35,151 nucleotides of DNA from a virus (lineage: Duplodnaviria > Caudoviricetes), in the IMG/VR virus record IMGVR_UViG_3300025277_001374, positions 1-35,151 of that record; one strand, 5' to 3'. The translations under genes were made by a program, and so were the position numbers. The notes below the pieces were generated by a model. That model saw only the letters and a list, made by a program, of their open reading frames with translations. It was not told the origin of the DNA and made no database searches. Shown here in pieces: positions 18,951 through 25,705 of this stretch. Numbering within the stretch: position 1 is the first letter of the stretch; every line of letters begins with the position of its first letter.

Positions 18951-20308
18951 TACCAACGCCTTACTTTAATTGTGCTACCTTCAGTAACGTAGCCGTAACC
19001 GTAACGATTTATAAGCCCATAGATCACAGCTTTAACGCCATGATTATACTGATCTTGCGGAGTTTCGCCAACTATATTCCCATCTCGATCGTGTTTCCAC
19101 CTGTATGCCCGTGTCTGTCCATCGAAGGGATTTGGCTGCACACCGAACTCAGAAAGGATACCTTTACACTTTGGATTAAATACGATGCGTGGTTCTCTCT
19201 GATCTACGGGATCAGTCTTTAAGAAAGCCTTTAATCTTTCAGTTCCTTCGTTAATTCTTATTTTCTGTGAATCAAAATAGATTCCAGTTCGATCCATCCA
19301 GACTTCTGCGGGAGCAGCCATAGCCTGATGCTGATATCCTGCGATATCAATCACACCAAACTGTGCATCGCGCCACCAAGGGCGGGACTGTGCCACATCA
19401 ATAATATCATCTGTAATAAGATCACGTTCATAAATTTCATCTATAACTCTTATTTGATCATTTATTATCTGAATCACTTCACAGGCGTATGCTTCTGAGT
19501 AACCAGGATCAATCCAAATATGTACTGGTTCATCGGGTACATACTCCACATCCTGCACATGAATATCAGCACGAATCTCTGTGAATACCAGTCCGCTCGG
19601 TGGTGATGGGATTCCCTCGATCCTCTCCATAAAGAAGTCATCGGAACTTGCTCGCTCTAACGCTAAAATTTCGGGATCATCTCTACCACCTGGATAAAGA
19701 TACTGATTAGAATAGCTAGGTAAAGAGAACGATTGTTCGTCTTTTGAAGATGAGTATTCCCACGCCTGAAACATTTGAGGGTACCAGCCAAGTGAACCTT
19801 CAAAAGTACCAGATAAAAACATCCATCCGCGCTTCGGAGCGCACCTACCGCGTAATCTATGAAAGGTTTCAAGGTCTAGCTGTGACGCCTCGCACCCTAT
19901 AATACCGTCTGGCGCACGCATTGCTAATGTTCTTGGATCTTTAGCCGACTTAGTTTCTATCCTGGTCCCGTCAGCGAGAACGATTCTCCCCGGATCAACT
20001 CGTTTAGTAGCTGTATCAAGTAATCCAAGCGTAGCGAAGTCCTGCACCAGGTATTCAAATTCAGCTTTTGTTCTTTCATAATCCGCAGCTACCAGCCAGT
20101 AGAGACCCGGATCATCGTTATCAAGGAACCTACTGAGTAAATACTTAGAGGCTACCATACTCTTACCGGCTTGTTCACCGCCCGCAACGAGTATAAACCG
20201 TTTACGAGAAGCGAGTATAGGTTTCTGTAATGGAGTAGGAGAGAATCCTACCGTTTCATAGATATGATCGGTTATTTCATCTATTACCGGAGGCATGTGA
20301 GTAGTCAC
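18950..20308 (-). CDS. terL: Terminase large subunit
   Basis: RFILVAGGEQAGKS Walker A, LSGTFEG coupling motif, nuclease domain IDPGY...DEIY...YNHGVKAVIY; between TerS and portal. Confidence 0.9.
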   Translation of the reverse strand: MTTHMPPVIDEITDHIYETVGFSPTPLQKPILASRKRFILVAGGEQAGKSMVASKYLLSRFLDNDDPGLYWLVAADYERTKAEFEYLVQDFATLGLLDTATKRVDPGRIVLADGTRIETKSAKDPRTLAMRAPDGIIGCEASQLDLETFHRLRGRCAPKRGWMFLSGTFEGSLGWYPQMFQAWEYSSSKDEQSFSLPSYSNQYLYPGGRDDPEILALERASSDDFFMERIEGIPSPPSGLVFTEIRADIHVQDVEYVPDEPVHIWIDPGYSEAYACEVIQIINDQIRVIDEIYERDLITDDIIDVAQSRPWWRDAQFGVIDIAGYQHQAMAAPAEVWMDRTGIYFDSQKIRINEGTERLKAFLKTDPVDQREPRIVFNPKCKGILSEFGVQPNPFDGQTRAYRWKHDRDGNIVGETPQDQYNHGVKAVIYGLINRYGYGYVTEGSTIKVRRW

Positions 20309-20311
20309 TTA

Positions 20312-20785
20312 TCAATCATTTTTCTTGCCCCTTAGTATATCTTCTACTTGTTCTTGCGGTGTTCTGGGCGATTCTTCTTTTTCTTCGGTGCGCCTTACAA
20401 CCTTGAACTTATCTCGTAATACTTTAAGTGTATCCTTAGCGGTTTCGTCAACTCCGCTCTCTTTAGGTCTGTATTTCTCTGCCCAGTGTGCATTAAGTAA
20501 CGTAATCAGTAATACGGGATTATCTTTAGGACCCTGATCCTTAACACGATTGACTGCCAGGTCTTGTAACATTTCCCTGAAATCATGCTTTGCATCCTCG
20601 AATTTCTTAGCAAACCCCTGTATATCATCTCTAGCCCACTGATGTGGAGTAGATCTTGAAAACCCAGTTACTTCACACGCAGCCCGTATACTACCTAGTT
20701 CCGCATAATGTGACAGGAATATATTCTGTCTCAGTATAACGTCTTCTGGTTCTGTGCCTTTTGCCCGTGAATTGCTTGCGGGCAT
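20312..20785 (-). CDS. terS: Terminase small subunit (HTH)
   Basis: FL..YAELGSIRAACEVTGFSRST..QW...D..F HTH pattern and 'LLITLLNAHWAEKYR'; directly upstream of TerL. Confidence 0.8.
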   Translation of the reverse strand: MPASNSRAKGTEPEDVILRQNIFLSHYAELGSIRAACEVTGFSRSTPHQWARDDIQGFAKKFEDAKHDFREMLQDLAVNRVKDQGPKDNPVLLITLLNAHWAEKYRPKESGVDETAKDTLKVLRDKFKVVRRTEEKEESPRTPQEQVEDILRGKKND

Positions 20786-20887
20786 TTAATATTTCTTCCT
20801 GGTCATTACCAGTTTCTTGCCCGTTTTCTTGGCTGCTTTCTTAGCCCCGCTAACCGTCTTATACCTTTTCTTCCCAACTTTGGGCAT
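20786..20887 (-). CDS. 33-aa Lys-rich peptide MPKVGKKRYKTVSGAKKAAKKTGKKLVMTRKKY (internal in-frame start)
   Basis: Own SD GGAGGT 7 nt upstream of ATG 20887. Confidence 0.6.
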   Translation of the reverse strand: MPKVGKKRYKTVSGAKKAAKKTGKKLVMTRKKY

Positions 20888-21325
20888 AACACCTACCTCC
20901 AAATCATTACTAAGCCAGTAGAGTGGCTCTCCGTTTAACACCACAAGATACCATAAATGCCTTCCCATGCAAACAAACTTATAGAAATGTTCTTCTCTTT
21001 TACGCATCGCATACTCCCAAGATCGCTTGCCAAGTGTCCTGTCATTACATCCGTTAATAGGGCAGTCCATGAAATAGAAAACACGATCCAGCTTCTTCCT
21101 GGTCTGATACAGCAGAGTTATTACGGCTCCGCTTACGCCCCTGTGTTTCGGGTTCGCTCCACGGTAGGGCAAATAGAATCTATCAGCGTAAGGAACGTGA
21201 CCTGTAAGTTTCTTCAAGGGAGGGATCACATATTCAGTCCACCCACATGTAATACAACTAAAGCCATCTAAATCTTTTTTTGCGAGTTTTTTACATCTCG
21301 GACAAATTTTCGATAACATTTGCAT
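20786..21325 (-). CDS. Zn-ribbon/Cys-rich protein with an in-frame basic C-terminal tail
   Basis: CPRC...CITCG, CPINGC and C..RH.W motifs; first long ORF of the virion operon. Confidence 0.6.
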   Translation of the reverse strand: MQMLSKICPRCKKLAKKDLDGFSCITCGWTEYVIPPLKKLTGHVPYADRFYLPYRGANPKHRGVSGAVITLLYQTRKKLDRVFYFMDCPINGCNDRTLGKRSWEYAMRKREEHFYKFVCMGRHLWYLVVLNGEPLYWLSNDLEVGVMPKVGKKRYKTVSGAKKAAKKTGKKLVMTRKKY

Positions 21326-21329
21326 CGCC

Positions 21330-21473
21330 CTATGGTAGCATGACGGCGCAAGGAGAGGTAATCAGATTACGGACCTGTCTCCGTTTCGACCACCTCCAGA
21401 AACGTCTGATCTGCACTAAACTGGATTTCTCCTTGCAACAGCACAGAACCCGTGCTAAACTAATCTTATTCAT
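21330..21473 (-). CDS. Possible 47-aa leader peptide upstream of the virion operon
   Basis: TTCAAACAATCC...CTAGGAGAATAGAAC-ATG; MNKISLARVLCCCKEKSSLVQIRRFWRWSKRRQVRNLITSPCAVMLP*; stop 4 nt before ATG 21325. May only be the antisense shadow of the sRNA. Confidence 0.3.
   Translation of the reverse strand: MNKISLARVLCCCKEKSSLVQIRRFWRWSKRRQVRNLITSPCAVMLP
21433..21461 (+). promoter_or_regulatory. Sigma70-type promoter for the putative sRNA
   Basis: TTGCAA-17 bp-TAAACT with extended -10 TGn; likely +1 near A21468. Confidence 0.65.
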
Positions 21474-21585
21474 GTTCTATTCTCCTAGTGTAAAACATGG
21501 ATTGTTTGAAGAGAAAAACCTGCTCGTATCCTTAAGATTATTTGGTCGTAATGTATAGGAACAACCACGGGCAGGTCTTTCTTTT
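21468..21585 (+). ncRNA. Putative multi-target antisense small RNA
   Basis: Upstream promoter; 5' hairpin with anti-SD loop UUCUCC; linker GGAUUGUUUGAA (21499-21510) complementary to three leaders; 3' stem 21518-21527/21567-21576 followed by a U-rich tail. Confidence 0.6.
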
Positions 21586-21717
21586 GTGATATACTCTCGA
21601 TCAAGGGTCGGGTACGCTTTTAATATCTCATTTGTTCTTAATCATTCTTTTGCAGATAACTACATGCATTCACCGGTTCACTCGCCCGACCCTCATTCAG
21701 ATACATCTGTTATCGAA

Positions 21718-21966
21718 TTATGAATTTGATCTTTCTTGTTTGATCTTTCTAGCCTCGTCTCTGGCTGATTGAATTTCAGCTTTAGACTGAACAAAACTTT
21801 CCAGGTAATCGATTAAGTCAGATTTCCTAACCCTCCGGTTCCCTCCGATCTTGAGACTTATCAATTCACCATCCAAAATTAAACTCCAAATTTTCGTCTT
21901 ACTCATGCCCGTGTATTCTTGAATCTCTCCTACGGTGAGAAGGTCAATTAGTGTGTCTGATACCAT
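21718..21966 (-). CDS. HTH_17/excisionase-like (MerR-type) DNA-binding protein
   Basis: Start moved to MVSDT (SD AAGGAGG); LLTVGEIQEYTGMSKTKIWSLI..GEL.SLKIG.NRRVRKSDL is the HTH_17 pattern. Confidence 0.8.
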   Translation of the reverse strand: MVSDTLIDLLTVGEIQEYTGMSKTKIWSLILDGELISLKIGGNRRVRKSDLIDYLESFVQSKAEIQSARDEARKIKQERSNS

Positions 21967-22001
21967 TTGGTTTTCCTCCTTATGGAAACTATTATGTTGA
22001 T

Positions 22002-22030
22002 ACACTAGCATCCATCCCATACAATGTGAA
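22002..22030 (-). promoter_or_regulatory. Leftward promoter for the HTH gene
   Basis: Minus strand TTCACA-17 bp-TAGTGT with TGn extension. Confidence 0.45.
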
Positions 22031-22070
22031 TGTATCGATATCTGATCACTAAAACTAAGTATCAGATACA
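22031..22070. promoter_or_regulatory. Operator-like GTATC/GATAC inverted repeats between divergent promoters
   Basis: GTATCAGATAC (22059-22069); TATCTGAT (22039)/ATCAGATA (22061); TGTATC (22031)/GATACA (22065). Confidence 0.5.
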
Positions 22071-22071
22071 C

Positions 22072-22100
22072 TTGACAACTCCCTTTTTTACAATTAAAAT
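22072..22100 (+). promoter_or_regulatory. Near-consensus sigma70 promoter
   Basis: TTGACA-17 bp-TAAAAT. Confidence 0.75.
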
Positions 22101-22118
22101 CAAAATCCCAAACACACT

Positions 22119-22262
22119 GTTACTTGTAACTAGTAACTAGTCTCAGTAACTAAGAAGTACCTAGTATGTAATAGTAACTGTAACTGTTACTAGTAACTAG
22201 TTACTGCTTCTGTCTACTTTCTTGAAACTTCCTACTGTAATTACAGGAACTGTTACTGTTAC
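22119..22262. repeat. Cluster of 11 GTAAC/GTTAC pentamers in both orientations
   Basis: Copies at 22119, 22126, 22133, 22146, 22174, 22180, 22186, 22193, 22200, 22252, 22258; palindromes GTTACTAGTAAC (22186) and AGTAACTAGTTACT (22192). Confidence 0.85.
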
Positions 22263-22349
22263 CTGATTCTGTTCATAGAGTCCCTTTTTCTAGAATCTAA
22301 TCGTAGACGGGTATCCTGCCTTCATTAACTTGGTTGCTAAGGGATAGGG

Positions 22350-22445
22350 TACCTGCGGTGGTCAGTATCAACGCCTCTGGCGTCTAACGGTGGTTGCTCC
22401 GCAACTGATTCTAGTGACTAGTTGCGGTTACCTGCGGTGATCAGT
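22350..22445. repeat. 17-bp direct repeat flanking a hairpin
   Basis: TACCTGCGGTG(G/A)TCAGT at 22350 and 22429; CCGCAACT...AGTTGCGG between them. Confidence 0.75.
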
Positions 22446-22512
22446 GGTAGGAAAAGTGTCTGGTGGGTTTCTTGGCTTCAAAGTAAGCAACTATGGGCGC
22501 CCGGGGCGCCAT

Positions 22513-22565
22513 ACAGCCACGAGTGACAATGTAAACATAGTAACTCGTGCGCTGTTTCATTTTTT
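22513..22565 (+). terminator. Terminator-like hairpin with U-tract
   Basis: ACAGC-CACGAGT...ACTCGTG-C-GCTGT followed by TTCATTTTTT. Confidence 0.45.
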
Positions 22566-22741
22566 CCTGTGTGCGACGTCAAAATCGCGCCTACCACAAG
22601 CCACGTAGAGAGCCACGCCACAGAATGCGCACGTTAGCGAGTCTCTGAGATTCCGAGCGGTGTGCGTGGATGCGGTGTTTATCGTAGCAAATGCGCTTCA
22701 AAATCGACTGATTCATGCATCAATTTTAGTCAATTAATGTA

Positions 22742-22770
22742 TTGTGTAAGTCTGCACGTTCTGGTAAAAT
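22742..22770 (+). promoter_or_regulatory. Early promoter 1
   Basis: TTGTGT-17 bp-TAAAAT with TGn; followed by a 10-bp hairpin (22779-22802), TTCAAACAATC and the SD. Confidence 0.65.
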
Positions 22771-22831
22771 TAAGTCATGGGATTGAAAATTGTTTCAGTC
22801 TCAAAAATTCAAACAATCGGGAGGATAGAGA

Positions 22832-23092
22832 ATGGATATTTCCACAGTAGACCAAGACACGAGGGAACTACGAATAGTTCGCACATTTGATGAGGCGTAT
22901 AACTACATTACGCACAGACTGCCGCCAGGATCATTTGTGTTGGCATTAGTAGAGAAAGATTATGACGGGGCAATCGCTGCAGCTGATAGCGTTTCAATTG
23001 AATTGCTACCTGAATTGATCGAGACAGTTGAGCGGGCTAAAGATCTTCATAGGTCCCAAATTAAGAACTATACTTTTGAGGTGATAGCATGA
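22832..23092 (+). CDS. Hypothetical early protein
   Basis: 86 aa, SD GGAGG. Confidence 0.7.
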   Translation: MDISTVDQDTRELRIVRTFDEAYNYITHRLPPGSFVLALVEKDYDGAIAAADSVSIELLPELIETVERAKDLHRSQIKNYTFEVIA

Positions 23093-23457
23093 TACGCACA
23101 TACGGACGGAACACGAAGCACACAAGGTTGACGCTCGGAGAATCGAAACAACTCCGAAAGCTTGCGCAAAATGTTGATACATTAGCCCAATTGACTGATA
23201 GCACCGGATTAGATGAAAAACAATTCCAAGCTGTATTGTTTGAATTAGGGCTAGATCTCACGAAAATGCTAACGCTCCTGGAAAACAAGATTGACGGTCA
23301 ATCTCTATCAGTTGCGGGTGTGTCTAGCGGTGATCTGAAATTACCCGAAGGTATGAAAAGTACTTATAATTCCTTCGAATGGGTAGATCAATCCAATTGG
23401 CAACACCTTCAAGTTTCAGAAATTGAATTCGACACAGAAAACGGAAATTCCTACTGA
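23089..23457 (+). CDS. Hypothetical early protein (stop codon inside the ribozyme core)
   Basis: 122 aa, SD GAGGTG, ATGA overlap. Confidence 0.7.
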   Translation: MIRTYGRNTKHTRLTLGESKQLRKLAQNVDTLAQLTDSTGLDEKQFQAVLFELGLDLTKMLTLLENKIDGQSLSVAGVSSGDLKLPEGMKSTYNSFEWVDQSNWQHLQVSEIEFDTENGNSY

Positions 23458-23505
23458 AGAGACTTAGATAGTCGAAACTAGGGGCGTAAGTCCCTAGTCT
23501 AGGAA
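23448..23505 (+). ncRNA. Type I hammerhead ribozyme
   Basis: Stem I TTCCTA/TAGGAA; core CTGAAGA (23454-23460); stem II GAC-ttagata-GTC; GAAA; stem III CTAGGGGC-GTAA-GTCCCTAG; GUC cleavage triplet, cut after C23499. Confidence 0.93.
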
Positions 23506-23550
23506 AGTTTCAAACAATCCTTAAAATCTTAAATCTAGGAGTGAAAGAAT

Positions 23551-24297
23551 ATGGTTACACTATTGAAAACGCGCGGGCTACGTCCCGAAATTAGAACGGC
23601 TAATACTGTCGCGATGCAGTTTAAAAGTGAGCTTGACGGTGAGTCAATTGTGGCGTTGTTTACGGGGCTACAGAAAAACTCACAGAATAAAAAACTAGGT
23701 AGCATGGTTACGGTATATATCCTGGTAGATAATGGCAAAACGCCCCAACAAAACGCGTCAAGCGGGGCGGATAAGTCTATATGCGGTGATTGTGCTTTAC
23801 GTAACAACATTTGCTACGTTGTTAAAATTCATGGTCCAGCAGCGGTGTATCGTGGGTACTTAAATGGCAAAAGTCCCGTTGTTAGTGAATCCGAATTAAT
23901 CGCCTTGTTGATTGATCGCAATTACTCAATCCGTTGGGGCGAATATGGTGACGTTGCAGCTTTACCGTTTGAGTTTGTTGATAACGTGATGAAAAAAACG
24001 GGATTACCTCACACGTCCTATAGTCACCAGTGGGATAATGAAAATTTTGATGATCGACATTTTAATTACTCGATGGCGTCAATTGACCACGTGAAAACGT
24101 TGCCATTACTCCAGGCGTTGCATGGTGACGATGTTCGTTACTATCGTATGGACGCGGACGGTGATAACTTGCTACCTGGTGAGATTCGTTGTCCTAATAA
24201 AGACAAGGACGGCAATACTCAAGTTCAATGTCGTGATTGCTTACTGTGTCAGGGGACCACCAAACAAGCTAAAAATATTGTTGAATTAATTATATAG
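23551..24297 (+). CDS. Gp88-like (radical-SAM-related) Cys-rich phage protein
   Basis: S.NKKLG, ICGDCALRNNICYV, IRWGEYGD, YSH.W, ASID and IRCP...CRDCLLC motifs. Confidence 0.65.
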   Translation: MVTLLKTRGLRPEIRTANTVAMQFKSELDGESIVALFTGLQKNSQNKKLGSMVTVYILVDNGKTPQQNASSGADKSICGDCALRNNICYVVKIHGPAAVYRGYLNGKSPVVSESELIALLIDRNYSIRWGEYGDVAALPFEFVDNVMKKTGLPHTSYSHQWDNENFDDRHFNYSMASIDHVKTLPLLQALHGDDVRYYRMDADGDNLLPGEIRCPNKDKDGNTQVQCRDCLLCQGTTKQAKNIVELII

Positions 24298-24339
24298 GGG
24301 GGGTGATTAATTAAGATCTTAACAACTAAATAATAAATT

Positions 24340-24372
24340 AGTGCTTAGTTACTTAGTGACTAGGCACTTTTT
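24340..24372 (+). terminator. Intrinsic terminator
   Basis: 13-bp stem AGTGCTTAGTTAC-tta-GTGACTAGGCACT (2 G-U) followed by a T-run. Confidence 0.8.
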
Positions 24373-24764
24373 GCGTACGTTTTGGAAGTAGGGTAGGGAA
24401 CTACGATACACAAGCGCAATTGCTACGGGTGATCAAGTTCAATAGGTTGACGCCTTGACTCTTGCGTGCGTGTAACGTGTTCACCTTGTTGGCTTGATGT
24501 TTGTGAGCGTGTGAGTTTGACGGTAAAAATTGCTTGCCCGTAGAGCAACGAAACAATAGCGATTGATACAATCCTATTGCTTAACAATTACAAGGGGCTT
24601 AAACCTACACACCTATTTATAGAACATATAATCCAAACATTAGTACACAGGTTGCATCGACTCAAAAAAGGAACCAAGCTTATCAATATTCGTTCTTGTC
24701 CGCCCGCGACCGCGATCCTCTGCTCCCCTACCCTACCACGCTGAGACTATTTTGATACTGAGGG

Positions 24765-24793
24765 TTGTAATTAGACATCACCTGTGCTAGTAT
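24765..24793 (+). promoter_or_regulatory. Early promoter 2
   Basis: TTGTAA-17 bp-TAGTAT with TGn; TTCAAACAATC at 24805; SD AAGGAGG. Confidence 0.65.
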
Positions 24794-24837
24794 ACACATA
24801 TAGATTCAAACAATCATAACCACAAGGAGGTTTAATC

Positions 24838-25176
24838 ATGAGGCAAGCTGACAAACTGCTCGGAGCCAATATTTTCCCTGACCCAGATATGGAAACATAT
24901 TTGAGCGAAATGGCTAAGCACTACGGAATAGAGGAAGACTCTATCCCAGAATGGCAACGTGTTGCTGATCTACCAGAGAACAAGCTGGCGGCAGAGACGT
25001 TAGATAAAATCGAGACATTGCTTAAGGCAGATCGATTTCCTTGCGAGACTTATGGCTGTAATGACCACACTCTAAGCTGTAAAGTTCCGGCAACTCACAC
25101 ACTAAAATGGGTTCTTCGTTTCATCCAAGGTTCTCACGAGCATGTATACGGAGAGATCAAAGAGGTGAGAGCATGA
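24838..25176 (+). CDS. Hypothetical protein
   Basis: 112 aa, SD AAGGAGGT. Confidence 0.7.
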   Translation: MRQADKLLGANIFPDPDMETYLSEMAKHYGIEEDSIPEWQRVADLPENKLAAETLDKIETLLKADRFPCETYGCNDHTLSCKVPATHTLKWVLRFIQGSHEHVYGEIKEVRA

Positions 25177-25514
25177 AACATATTGAGGCATTTGGTAAAG
25201 GAACTAATCACTGGGTTGATGCCTACGAAGAAAAAGATATTGACCTTATACGACCTCACCTGCAAAAAGCATATGAGATATGGATGTCTACATGGATAGC
25301 TCAAGGGGAAACAGATGAGGGGACATGCACTGGTGGTAAGGGATTGCAGATCTGGTATCGAGGACCTCGAAAGCGTTCTGCCAAATTAGTAAGAGCCGTT
25401 CAAGCTCCACCAGTACAGGGAAATCTTTCTGCCGCCAGGTCATATGAACCTGCTTGGAAATATCTCAAGGATCAGGGTATAGAAAGTGAATATTATGATG
25501 GATGGATGGATTAA
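25173..25514 (+). CDS. Hypothetical protein
   Basis: Start moved to MKHIEAF (SD GAGGTG, ATGA overlap); ends YYDGWMD. Confidence 0.7.
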   Translation: MKHIEAFGKGTNHWVDAYEEKDIDLIRPHLQKAYEIWMSTWIAQGETDEGTCTGGKGLQIWYRGPRKRSAKLVRAVQAPPVQGNLSAARSYEPAWKYLKDQGIESEYYDGWMD

Positions 25515-25531
25515 AGAAAGCGAGGTTACTA

Positions 25532-25705
25532 ATGCATAGCTACGACAAACTAGAATACATACGCTTAACGCTACAGGAAATGTTATTTACTAAGGATGAC
25601 TGGGGAGACCAACTCACACCCGAACTGTTCAGGGAAATGGTTGCAGAAGTCAAACAGTCACTAAAATATATTGATGAGTTGAAATTTGAAAGCGAGGTGA
25701 ATTAG
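25532..25705 (+). CDS. Hypothetical protein
   Basis: Start moved to MHSYDKL (SD GAGGT). Confidence 0.6.
   Translation: MHSYDKLEYIRLTLQEMLFTKDDWGDQLTPELFREMVAEVKQSLKYIDELKFESEVN

Noticed and set aside
338-21271. Short + strand ORFs opposite the virion genes (e.g. 338-580, 4649-5047, 10932-11450, 17413-17718) and alternate-frame minus ORFs
   Set aside because: Contained within long coherent genes, with no evident SD or protein-like motifs; treated as shadow ORFs.
21280-21558. 92-aa + strand ORF across the control region
   Set aside because: Non-ATG start without SD; overlaps a promoter and hairpins that explain the sequence better.
21614-21683. Partial complementarity of the third-stem interior to the 26201-26219 leader (AAAAGAAT, ATGATTA)
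   Set aside because: Short AT-rich matches within chance expectation.
22119-22262. Possible CRISPR array
   Set aside because: Repeats are 5-8 bp, irregularly spaced and in both orientations, with no repeat-spacer periodicity. The Cas4-like nuclease is an ordinary phage exonuclease.
22662-22850. 62-aa + strand ORF
   Set aside because: GTG start without SD; runs through early promoter 1 and its leader.
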